Below, piece by piece: positions 6,299-13,729 of a stretch of DNA of 33,616 nt; within the stretch, counting starts at the first letter, position 1; every line of letters begins with the position of its first letter. A program made the position numbers and the translations under genes. Under the pieces are notes generated by a model that searched no databases, was not told the origin of the DNA, and saw only the letters and a list, made by a program, of their open reading frames with translations. This stretch comes from a virus: positions 1 through 33,616 of the IMG/VR virus record IMGVR_UViG_3300045988_111817; one strand, given 5' to 3'.

Positions 6299-6646
6299 AT
6301 GGAAGAAAAAACTATGACAATCAATGAACTTATTGACAGAATATACGAAGCAAAAGAATTGGCTCATCAACAACACATACAAGCGAACGCAATTATTATC
6401 AACGAAAACTTTGTAAGCGTCCCCGCAAAATTTGTAGGCAATGCGGAATATCCGCCGATGATTTGCGGACTTGAAATGCACTACACGAGAGCCGAACTTC
6501 CCGACAATACTATGTTTGCCGTATGCGAAGTAAGGGAAACGGAACGGGAAAAAGCGATACGGCTCGCAAAAGAAGAAGTTGTACGAAAGGTTAAAAAGTA
6601 CATTGACGAATTGTTCGACAAAGTGGACGACTTGACACACGAATAG
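6299..6646 (+). CDS. Hypothetical protein
   Basis: RBS AAGGAG (6284-6289). 115-aa ORF. Confidence 0.7.
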   Translation: MEEKTMTINELIDRIYEAKELAHQQHIQANAIIINENFVSVPAKFVGNAEYPPMICGLEMHYTRAELPDNTMFAVCEVRETEREKAIRLAKEEVVRKVKKYIDELFDKVDDLTHE

Positions 6647-6658
6647 AAAGGTGATATA

Positions 6659-6850
6659 ATGAGTAAATCAAGAGCGAACGAATTATTGCAAGAACTGCAT
6701 TCTAACCTTACGGCGAATTGGACGGGAAAGGCACGCTTCTCGTCGTCGGAAGCAATACAGATGTGTCGGGAGATAATCAATGAATACGATAACGATGATA
6801 CTAATCGGGATAACACTGATGATAGTGTTTCCGATGTTGGCGAACAATGA
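6659..6850 (+). CDS. Hypothetical small acidic protein
   Basis: RBS AAGGTG. 63-aa ORF. Confidence 0.6.
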   Translation: MSKSRANELLQELHSNLTANWTGKARFSSSEAIQMCREIINEYDNDDTNRDNTDDSVSDVGEQ

Positions 6851-7113
6851 CTGACTACGAAGATAAATGGAAAGAGTACCGCAACAGGGCGATACAGGCG
6901 TTAGGAACGGCGATTGTAATCACCTTGATAGTTGTGGCGAACATCGGTCTTATAGCGTGCATAGGGCGACTGACGGCGCAACAAACAAAGTATCTTCTTT
7001 ACGCACAATGCGGGCTTGTGGACTTGCTCGGAAGCGTGGGAATGGTACATTGTTATCACTATTTCAGCAAGTGGAAGGAGAAGAAGAAAAATGGGAATGA
7101 TAAGAACAAATGA
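6847..7113 (+). CDS. Small membrane protein
   Basis: ATGA start-stop overlap. There are two hydrophobic segments. Confidence 0.6.
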   Translation: MTDYEDKWKEYRNRAIQALGTAIVITLIVVANIGLIACIGRLTAQQTKYLLYAQCGLVDLLGSVGMVHCYHYFSKWKEKKKNGNDKNK

Positions 7114-7273
7114 CGGCAGAGTGATTGTGGCAATACCGTCGATGCGGAAAATCGGATACAGTAAGTGGGCGGTCTATTTTATGGAAGATAATCAGATTTA
7201 CACCGCGATATACTACACGGAAGAAAAGGCTCGACACAGATACGAAAAGGAACTTGAAAAATGCACTCGATGA
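7091..7273 (+). CDS. Hypothetical protein of 60 aa
   Basis: The internal ATG at 7091 was chosen because AAGGAG (7075-7080) precedes it. The ORF-track start at 7016 has no RBS. Confidence 0.5.
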   Translation: MGMIRTNDGRVIVAIPSMRKIGYSKWAVYFMEDNQIYTAIYYTEEKARHRYEKELEKCTR

Positions 7274-7288
7274 CGGGTGTGTTTTTTT
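7264..7288 (+). terminator. Intrinsic terminator ending the first early transcription unit
   Basis: Stem CACTCG (7264-7269) pairs with CGGGTG (7274-7279). The loop is ATGA. TGTTTTTTT follows. Confidence 0.55.
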
Positions 7289-7335
7289 GTGCGGAAAATT
7301 TTTGAAAAAACTTTGAAAAAAATATTGAAAAACTA

Positions 7336-7364
7336 TTGACAACAAGACGGGACGGGTGTATAAT
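7336..7364 (+). promoter_or_regulatory. Promoter P2, perfect consensus, with phased upstream TTGAAAAA repeats
   Basis: TTGACA (7336-7341), 17-nt spacer, TATAAT (7359-7364), with TG at 7357-7358. TTGAAAAA occurs at 7302, 7313 and 7325, spaced 11-12 bp apart. Confidence 0.7.
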
Positions 7365-7408
7365 GTAACTATAAAGATTAAGAAAGGCGCAAGCCAAAGG
7401 AGTTAAAA

Positions 7409-7639
7409 ATGAAAAAATACTACACCACGGTTGCAATGAACGGCGAGAGGATTGACGAATTCAACACCGAAGAAGAAGCAAGAGCGGCAATCGAACTGTA
7501 CGAAGAAGAAGACCGCATCAACGGTTTTGAGCCTGAAAGCCCTAACGGAGATTATGAAGTAAGGGTTGGCGACGACAGAGAAGTCAACGCGTGCGAAACT
7601 ACGCAAGAATTCGTATGTGTTACCGAATTGGTATATTAA
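7409..7639 (+). CDS. Small, highly acidic protein. It is the first gene after P2.
   Basis: RBS AAAGGAG. The 76-aa protein is rich in Asp and Glu. Confidence 0.7.
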   Translation: MKKYYTTVAMNGERIDEFNTEEEARAAIELYEEEDRINGFEPESPNGDYEVRVGDDREVNACETTQEFVCVTELVY

Positions 7640-7649
7640 GGAGGCAAAT

Positions 7650-7817
7650 ATGAACGCGAGAGAATTGGCAGAGAAACACGGCGTGAGCCATACATTGATT
7701 TATAATATGGCGAAGAAACTCGGCAGACTGCCGACAGACGAAGAAATAGAAAACCGCAACCGCAAGACGGGAAGACCGCAAAAGTACAGGAGTATCGAAG
7801 ATGAAGACGGAAAATAG
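7650..7817 (+). CDS. Small helix-turn-helix DNA-binding protein
   Basis: RBS AAGGAGG lies upstream of the ATG at 7650. The sequence ARELAEKHGVSHTLIYNMAKKLG is HTH-like. Confidence 0.6.
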   Translation: MNARELAEKHGVSHTLIYNMAKKLGRLPTDEEIENRNRKTGRPQKYRSIEDEDGK

Positions 7818-7968
7818 TTGCTACAAGTGTCCGAACAGAACGGAAGCGTGCCACGATAATTGCGAAGTTTATAAGGCTTGGAAAGCCGAGTATCAACGCA
7901 AGGAAAAGGAAGAGACGAAAACACGCAAGGCATATTACAATTACGTCTATTACAGGAGTAAAGATTGA
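7801..7968 (+). CDS. 55-aa Cys-rich protein, below the ORF-track cutoff
   Basis: AGGAG (7788-7792) lies 8 nt before the ATG. The protein begins MKTENSCYKCPNRTEACHDNCEVYKAW. Confidence 0.5.
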   Translation: MKTENSCYKCPNRTEACHDNCEVYKAWKAEYQRKEKEETKTRKAYYNYVYYRSKD

Positions 7969-8138
7969 TGTACACGGTGTTTTGCGGAAGAGTATGTTGC
8001 AATTTCAGCAAATTAAGCGATGCGGACTATTTTGCGAGAAAGAACGGCACAGTGGTGTTCGGCATTGCAAGAGCAGAAAACGACAAAGGAGTGAATGAAA
8101 ATGGTAAAGAGTACAGAATTGACAGACGCGCTCTATGA
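7968..8138 (+). CDS. Possible 56-aa ORF, below the ORF-track cutoff
   Basis: AGGAG (7954-7958) lies 9 nt before the ATG. The ATG overlaps the upstream TGA. The ORF overlaps the next gene by 38 nt. Confidence 0.35.
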   Translation: MYTVFCGRVCCNFSKLSDADYFARKNGTVVFGIARAENDKGVNENGKEYRIDRRAL

Positions 8139-8427
8139 TTATTGGAGCGACGGCGAAAAGGTGGAATTCCTTGAAGCACTTGACGGGGCGATTGCCGAGA
8201 TTGAAGAATTGGGCTTTGAAACATACGCAGGGCGCACACTTGCGAAACTCAAAGAGATGCGAGATAATTGCAAGGACGAAATCAAGGAAGAAGCGGAATT
8301 CGAGGGTGTTTGCCCTGATTGCGGAGCGGACTTGGAATACGATGAAAGAAGCGGAGAATATGTGTGCCACGAGTGCGGATACAATGGCGGATATGTGCCG
8401 AACGAAGACAGACTTGAAGATTACTGA
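8101..8427 (+). CDS. Zinc-ribbon protein
   Basis: AAGGAG (8086-8091) is better spaced for the ATG at 8101 than for the ATG at 8095. The Cys motif is CPDCG...CHECG. Confidence 0.65.
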   Translation: MVKSTELTDALYDYWSDGEKVEFLEALDGAIAEIEELGFETYAGRTLAKLKEMRDNCKDEIKEEAEFEGVCPDCGADLEYDERSGEYVCHECGYNGGYVPNEDRLEDY

Positions 8428-8599
8428 CGAACTTCCGACCGCCGCCGACCTTATCGAACTTATCGAGACCTTGAATGCGGTTAAGGCGGAGAAGATAGCA
8501 AGGCTTGAACGGTACATTGAGTATCGGGAAGAACGAAACAAACACGACCGCGAAGACATAGAGCGGTTGAAAGAATATTTACAGGAGTGCAAAAAATGA
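8384..8599 (+). CDS. Small coiled-coil protein with an uncertain start
   Basis: This is the 3' part of ORF 8135-8599 that does not overlap the zinc-ribbon gene. Its stop overlaps the next ATG. Confidence 0.45.
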   Translation: MADMCRTKTDLKITDELPTAADLIELIETLNAVKAEKIARLERYIEYREERNKHDREDIERLKEYLQECKK

Positions 8600-9384
8600 A
8601 ATTCAGAACATTAAAGGAAGACGAAATCGAGTGCCGTGTTGGGCAGATTAAAGAAAACGGTTTTACGCTTTTGCTGTACAAGAACGCAAGGGTAGATATG
8701 GACTTGCTGGACGAAACAGTGGGAGCGGAAAATTGGCAACGAGAACACAAAGAACTCAAAGGCAACATCTATTGCGGAGTGTCCATTTGGGACGAAAGCA
8801 AAAAGCAATGGATAACCAAATGGGACTGCGGAACGGAGAGCAACACCGAAAAAGAAAAAGGCGAAGCATCGGACAGTTTCAAGCGGGCGTGCGTGAATGT
8901 GGGCATCGGCAGAGAACTGTACACCGCACCGTTTATATGGAACGGGAATGTTAAGCAAGTCAACGGGAAGTACTACCCTAATTACCGCAGTATGAAGGTG
9001 CAGGAAATCGGCTACACCGACGACCGCAAGATAAACCGACTTGTCATTATAGGCGACGGAGAAGTAATCTACGAGTTTGGTAAAGAAACGCCGAAAAAGG
9101 CGGCTAAAACCGACGAAACACCGAAGACCGATAAATGGAGCGAAGCAGAGCGTAAGGTGTTTGAAATGGGCGAATTTACCGAACAGAACATCGGATATAT
9201 CAAGACCGTGGAGTTGAAGTACGACAACCGCTATAACGGAAAGACCGTCGGAGACCTGACTTATGAAGAGATCATCGATCTGATCGGCACGACCAAAAGT
9301 CAGTGGCTGAAAGACAGATTGTGTACATACAGAGATTTTTTGGCGCAAACGCGCATTGTGGGCGAAGAAGAAACGCCGTTTTAA
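8596..9384 (+). CDS. Rad52/Sak-like single-strand annealing protein
   Basis: AGGAG (8583-8587). The motif GEASDSFKRACVNVGIGRELY is typical of Rad52-family phage recombinases. The C-terminus is EEETPF. Confidence 0.8.
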   Translation: MKFRTLKEDEIECRVGQIKENGFTLLLYKNARVDMDLLDETVGAENWQREHKELKGNIYCGVSIWDESKKQWITKWDCGTESNTEKEKGEASDSFKRACVNVGIGRELYTAPFIWNGNVKQVNGKYYPNYRSMKVQEIGYTDDRKINRLVIIGDGEVIYEFGKETPKKAAKTDETPKTDKWSEAERKVFEMGEFTEQNIGYIKTVELKYDNRYNGKTVGDLTYEEIIDLIGTTKSQWLKDRLCTYRDFLAQTRIVGEEETPF

Positions 9385-9906
9385 GATATAATTGAATTCA
9401 CAAGCAAAAAACCAAAATTATCAATAAGCCTTGACGGGGCGGTCGAAGTAACGTTCACCGCTCCAAAGGCGAAACTTGAAGCCTTAACCAACCTTGCAGA
9501 CAAGGACTTTGACATTACGGTGAAACAGCATCGAGAGAAACGAAGCCTTGATGCAAATGCCTACGCTTGGGTTTTAATCACGGCGATTGCGGACGAACTG
9601 CGGGCGAGCAAAGACGAGATTTATTTGGATATGTTGAAGAAGTACGGGCAGGGTGAACTCATAAGCGTTAAGACTGGCATCGACATAAGCGGGTTTGTCA
9701 AGTATTCAGAAGTCGCAGGGTATGGCAAGGTCAACGGTGTCGAGTTTACGCATTATAGGGTTTACAAAGGCTCGTCGGAATACGACACAAGAGAGATGGC
9801 AATTTTCATCGATGGTATCGTATCGGAAGCGCAAGGGCTTGGCATAGACACGAGAACGCCCGAAGAACTTGCGGAAATGAAATCTTTATGGGAGAATGGA
9901 AAATGA
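9385..9906 (+). CDS. NinB/Orf-like or HNHc-N-like recombination-associated protein, start codon unresolved
   Basis: EKRSLDANAYAWVLITAIA resembles the RSLDQN motif of lambda NinB and the KRSLDANAY family. The frame is open from 9385, but the first canonical start is GTG at 9520. Confidence 0.6.
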   Translation, partial: DIIEFTSKKPKLSISLDGAVEVTFTAPKAKLEALTNLADKDFDITVKQHREKRSLDANAYAWVLITAIADELRASKDEIYLDMLKKYGQGELISVKTGIDISGFVKYSEVAGYGKVNGVEFTHYRVYKGSSEYDTREMAIFIDGIVSEAQGLGIDTRTPEELAEMKSLWENGK

Positions 9907-10307
9907 AAAAAATATTCGCAAAACGAACTATTGCTCAATGCGATAAAATCATCGCACAATTAGAGCAAAAAATCACGCAATTAGAGGGGAAACTTAAACT
10001 TTCGGACGAGATGAACAGTATAACGTTTGGAAAATGGTTTCACGCTGATGGCGAATTAACGAAACAAATCGCAAAAAGCAAACGCCAACAACATCTAATA
10101 GATGTATTAACAACCACATTGACCATATATATGCATATGTATGGTTGCGAGATGGGCGATATTAAGGACGGTGACAGGGTACAATATACCATCAACGATA
10201 AAGCATTCAACCCAGACATAATTAGGGCAATTCTTGAAGCGCAAGACTATATACGGAGAACGGAAAATGAACAACAAACAGCGATACGCAATATTGCAAA
10301 AGAATAA
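9903..10307 (+). CDS. Hypothetical protein, paralog of 13723-14076
   Basis: ATGA overlap with the upstream stop. GGAGA RBS. The block LTTTLTIYMHMYGCEM is shared with the paralog. Confidence 0.7.
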   Translation: MKKIFAKRTIAQCDKIIAQLEQKITQLEGKLKLSDEMNSITFGKWFHADGELTKQIAKSKRQQHLIDVLTTTLTIYMHMYGCEMGDIKDGDRVQYTINDKAFNPDIIRAILEAQDYIRRTENEQQTAIRNIAKE

Positions 10308-10869
10308 GAAAGAATGGCTCAAATTTTACGACCTTAAAGACGCGAGCGGTATTTATATCCTTACAAGATACGACGACAACGGCTTTAAGTTTGCTTATGT
10401 GGGGCAAGCCAAAAAAGTGCTTACAAGGCTTGCGGAACACCCTATGGGGTATAAACAACACATAGATTTTTCTTTGCGTAAACACGGCATCGGCGCACCG
10501 TTCGCCAAAGACGACAAATGGAAATGCGAGAAAGTCTTTTATTGTCCCGAAACCGAACTCAACGTTTTGGAGCAAGAGTGGATACGCAAGTGCCACGAAC
10601 TCGGTTATCAGTTGCTTAATAAAACGACGGGAAGTCAAGGTCAAGGCAAGCAGGCATTGGGCGAGCAAAAGCCCGCAAAAGGCTATTACGACGGAATAAA
10701 GCACGGGCGCAAGAAAGTAATCGACGAAATCAATAACAGGCTCACAAAGGGCGATATTCGGCTTGTAATTGAGTGTCCGAATAAGCGCAAGGAACAGCAC
10801 CTTGCAAAACTTATGGAAATATTGGGGGAAAACGACGATGAAGATACGGAACACAGCGGAGATTGTTAA
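10267..10869 (+). CDS. GIY-YIG nuclease, homing-endonuclease-like
   Basis: The motif is SGIYILTR...YVGQAKKVLTRLAEH...E..WI...GYQLLNKTTG. A GGAGA RBS precedes the ATG at 10267. Confidence 0.75.
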   Translation: MNNKQRYAILQKNKKEWLKFYDLKDASGIYILTRYDDNGFKFAYVGQAKKVLTRLAEHPMGYKQHIDFSLRKHGIGAPFAKDDKWKCEKVFYCPETELNVLEQEWIRKCHELGYQLLNKTTGSQGQGKQALGEQKPAKGYYDGIKHGRKKVIDEINNRLTKGDIRLVIECPNKRKEQHLAKLMEILGENDDEDTEHSGDC

Positions 10870-11137
10870 GGAGATACTTGAACAAAAGCCGAGAGCAAGG
10901 GACTGCGATTTTGTTCTTTACGGTTTTGTGTTGAACAAGTACGGATATTCGGTCAACATACCGTTCAACGAGTTAGCGAATTTAGTAAAGGCGGAAGAAT
11001 TACCGAGTATGGAAACCGTGGGACGAGCAAGAAGAAAGGTTATGGAACTCTACCCGTCATTGCGGGGCGATAGTTACAAGGTCAGAGTAGACAACACTGC
11101 GGAGTACATAGAATTCGCACAGGACAGGAGCGTATGA
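10838..11137 (+). CDS. Hypothetical protein
   Basis: GGGGGA RBS. The start is the internal ATG of ORF 10769-11137. Confidence 0.55.
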   Translation: MKIRNTAEIVKEILEQKPRARDCDFVLYGFVLNKYGYSVNIPFNELANLVKAEELPSMETVGRARRKVMELYPSLRGDSYKVRVDNTAEYIEFAQDRSV

Positions 11138-11424
11138 AGTCGATAATTCAGGGCGATAGCGAAGATAGGTGTTACATTTGCGGAAGAGCGGAGTGGATAG
11201 AACGACATCACATCTTCAACGGAACGGCAAACAGAAAGAAATCGGAAAAGTACGGACTAACCGTCCACCTTTGTCATTGGTGTCACAACGAGCCGCCGAA
11301 CGGGGTGCATTACAATCAGGATGCGGACACACGGTTGAAGCAAATCGGGCAAAAAGCGGCGATGCAGGAGTACGGTTGGACGGTGGACGAGTTTCGGGAA
11401 ATATTTGGGAAAAATTATTTATAA
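11134..11424 (+). CDS. HNH-like zinc-binding protein
   Basis: The Cys/His motif is CYICG...ERHHIF...HLCHWCHN. The start overlaps the upstream stop. Confidence 0.65.
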   Translation: MKSIIQGDSEDRCYICGRAEWIERHHIFNGTANRKKSEKYGLTVHLCHWCHNEPPNGVHYNQDADTRLKQIGQKAAMQEYGWTVDEFREIFGKNYL

Positions 11425-11440
11425 AATTGTTGAAAAACTA

Positions 11441-11469
11441 TTGACAAACACGGGACGGGGGTGTATAAT
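11441..11469 (+). promoter_or_regulatory. Promoter P3, perfect consensus, near-duplicate of P2
   Basis: TTGACA (11441-11446), 17-nt spacer, TATAAT (11464-11469). The block 11430-11469 matches 7325-7364 except inside the spacer. Confidence 0.7.
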
Positions 11470-11515
11470 AAGAGTAGAAATAAAGGAAAGGGCAATACCC
11501 TAAGGAGTTAAGAAA

Positions 11516-11734
11516 ATGAAAATCAATTGGTTCGATGAAGTAAAAACTATGTATGAGGCAGTTGTGTGGGAAGACGACAATAACCTATTGTTAGATGAAG
11601 ACTACACAATAAAAGCAGAAGCATTTAATGCTGTGAAGAAGTTCAAAAAGAGTTACAAAGGCAAGGGCAAACTTGAATGCTATGTAAGATTTTTTGACTT
11701 TGAAAATGACTGGGTACAAGATTACAATTTATAA
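11516..11734 (+). CDS. Hypothetical protein
   Basis: RBS TAAGGAG. 72 aa. Confidence 0.65.
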   Translation: MKINWFDEVKTMYEAVVWEDDNNLLLDEDYTIKAEAFNAVKKFKKSYKGKGKLECYVRFFDFENDWVQDYNL

Positions 11735-11746
11735 GGAGTTAAGAAA

Positions 11747-11908
11747 ATGACAAGACAAGAAATGATTAAGAAACTCGAAGAAATCAAAGAAGAAGTCGCG
11801 TGGGATAGCGACGGCGAGTTGACCGATTACGCACGAGACAAGGCTTATATCGCGATTGCCAGTGCGATTGAACATTTACAGGAAAATTACGGAGCGGAAA
11901 ATGACTAA
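11747..11908 (+). CDS. 53-aa hypothetical protein, below the ORF-track cutoff
   Basis: AAGGAG (11733-11738) lies 8 nt before the ATG. The RBS context TAAGGAGTTAAGAAAATG is identical to that of the previous gene. Confidence 0.55.
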   Translation: MTRQEMIKKLEEIKEEVAWDSDGELTDYARDKAYIAIASAIEHLQENYGAEND

Positions 11909-12242
11909 ACAAGAACAAATAGAAAAAATTGCGAAATATGTATGCAATGTGTGCGATTTTCCGTGTAATGACCACAAGGGTTGTCCTCTTGCGGAAGAAA
12001 CAGCCGAAAAAATTTACAAAGCAGGCTACCGCAAGATTGACGATTTGAAAGCCGAAAATAAGCAACTTAAAACCGAGTGTGCCTTGTTGGACGATGAATT
12101 ACGCATTGCGAGGCAGGACACGATCAACGTGTTGAACGAGTTGAAAAAGAAATACGGATTTTATTCGTGCTATTCGTGGAATTGTGATGTGAAATCATTA
12201 AACAAAATAATCGACGAAATGATTAAGGAGTTGACGAAATGA
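11901..12242 (+). CDS. Cys-rich coiled-coil protein, tandem paralog 1
   Basis: GGAGCGG lies before the ATG at 11901. The protein has a Cys cluster, a coiled coil and the tail IDEMIKELTK. Confidence 0.65.
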   Translation: MTKQEQIEKIAKYVCNVCDFPCNDHKGCPLAEETAEKIYKAGYRKIDDLKAENKQLKTECALLDDELRIARQDTINVLNELKKKYGFYSCYSWNCDVKSLNKIIDEMIKELTK

Positions 12243-12619
12243 CAAAAGACGAAATTAAGAAAGGCTTGGAGTTCTGTAAAGCGGACTGGTGCGTTATGTG
12301 TCCATACTGCAACTGTATAGGTTGTGAAGGTTTTCTAAAACAAGATGCCCTAACGCTCATAACCAAGCAAGAACAAGAGATTGAGCAGTTGAAAACCGAG
12401 TTGAAGCAGTTGAAAACTAATGCAGAAATACTCGCAAGGGGCGTAAGGGATTTGAATCACGAGAACTATAAACTTACCGAGAAACTCAAGCAAGCAAAAA
12501 TCGACGTGCTGAATGAGTTGAGAGAGAAATATTCTATGTCTGGCAGCGTTGGTAGCGGTTGGGCAACTATTGTACTTGCAGACAACATCGATGAAATGAT
12601 TGAGGAGTTGAAGAAATGA
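12239..12619 (+). CDS. Cys-rich coiled-coil protein, tandem paralog 2
   Basis: RBS AAGGAG. The architecture matches 11901-12242 and the tail is IDEMIEELKK. Confidence 0.7.
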   Translation: MTKDEIKKGLEFCKADWCVMCPYCNCIGCEGFLKQDALTLITKQEQEIEQLKTELKQLKTNAEILARGVRDLNHENYKLTEKLKQAKIDVLNELREKYSMSGSVGSGWATIVLADNIDEMIEELKK

Positions 12620-13254
12620 AAAACATTTTAATCGCAATTCGCCCGAAATGGGTTGAGAAGATAGCAAGTGGACAAAAGACAATCGAGGTTCGTAAGACCG
12701 CGCCGAAAGAAACGCCGTTTAAGGCTTATATCTATGCGACAAGACCTAAAAAATTTTATAAGTGTGGGGCAGTTAGTACGAGCGACGAATTGCTATGGCT
12801 TGCAAACGGCAAAGTCGAAATGGGTGACGGCTTTAAGTTTTGGGCGGACGGCGACGAGTATCAATGCTTAAACGGGTTCGTAATCGGCGAGTTTATCTGT
12901 GATAAGGTTTACAACCTTGTAAACGCTTTCGGCGGCATTATGTTTGCGGACGAAAACCTTAATCAGTTAGAGCCGCAACTTTTTAGGGATATGAGTTGTC
13001 TGACGGACGAGCAAACAGCAGATTATTTGGGAAACAAAGACGGCTACGGCTGGCACATATCCAACCTTAAAATCTACGACAAGCCGAGAGAGTTGAGCGA
13101 GTTTTATAGAATATGTAAAAACCCTTGCAAGCCGAGTAATGGGGGAATACTTTGCTTAACAACTAAATCGCTAAAAATGAACGGTTGTGACGGTAAGATA
13201 CCCTTAACCCGCCCGCCGCAGTCGTATATGTTTGTTGAAGAGGTGGAGCAATGA
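12616..13254 (+). CDS. ASCH-domain protein
   Basis: The N-terminus ILIAIRPKWVEKIASGQKTIEVRK is ASCH-like. The C-terminal motif is RPPQSYMFV. Confidence 0.7.
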   Translation: MKNILIAIRPKWVEKIASGQKTIEVRKTAPKETPFKAYIYATRPKKFYKCGAVSTSDELLWLANGKVEMGDGFKFWADGDEYQCLNGFVIGEFICDKVYNLVNAFGGIMFADENLNQLEPQLFRDMSCLTDEQTADYLGNKDGYGWHISNLKIYDKPRELSEFYRICKNPCKPSNGGILCLTTKSLKMNGCDGKIPLTRPPQSYMFVEEVEQ

Positions 13255-13517
13255 ATAAGAGAGAATTTGCAAAACTGAAAAAGTGGACGGACACTCTAAC
13301 CGACGAAGAACTCAAAAAAGAGTATTACGACACGGCGTTCAAAACGTTAGGCAATCAAGCCGAGGAAATGTATGAGCGCGGTTACGACGAAGCCGACATA
13401 CGTGAAAGAGAGAAATATGAGAGGTGGCTGTCGAGACAAAGCGATATGCTTGAAGTGATTTGTCGCGAAAGAGGAATCAAATTGTGGGAAGATTTCGCGA
13501 AGGAGATAGAGAGATGA
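13251..13517 (+). CDS. Hypothetical protein
   Basis: RBS GAGGTGGAG. 88 aa. Confidence 0.65.
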   Translation: MNKREFAKLKKWTDTLTDEELKKEYYDTAFKTLGNQAEEMYERGYDEADIREREKYERWLSRQSDMLEVICRERGIKLWEDFAKEIER

Positions 13518-13729
13518 AACAAATCAGAGCGTTAAGAGCGAACGGCATAACTTTGTTGGTATCATCGGTGATAACAGCGGTATGTGTCGGGGTATGTTGG
13601 AAGCATTTTCCGATTGCGGTTCAGGCGATATACATCTGCATCGCGTTGATGTTTGCGGTGTTCGGCGGAGTAATGGTCGGACGGAGTATTTGGTTGACAA
13701 AACAGGGAAAGGAGAATGAAAAATGTTAA
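13514..13729 (+). CDS. Small two-TM membrane protein
   Basis: ATGA overlap with the upstream stop. There are two hydrophobic helices. Confidence 0.55.
   Translation: MKQIRALRANGITLLVSSVITAVCVGVCWKHFPIAVQAIYICIALMFAVFGGVMVGRSIWLTKQGKENEKC

Noticed and set aside
8611-9348. 245-aa minus-strand ORF. Similar antisense ORFs lie at 1901-2527, 8005-8592 and 10222-10854.
   Set aside because: Each lies opposite a + strand gene with recognisable motifs (Rad52-like, GIY-YIG and others). They have no SD sequences. They are typical long antisense frames in moderately GC-balanced DNA.
9382-9384. TAA read-through fusing the Rad52-like and NinB-like proteins as the main product
   Set aside because: The upstream protein ends in an SSB-like acidic tip that needs a free C-terminus, and TAA is the least leaky stop codon. 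This is kept only as a minor possibility in the finding on the missing start codon.
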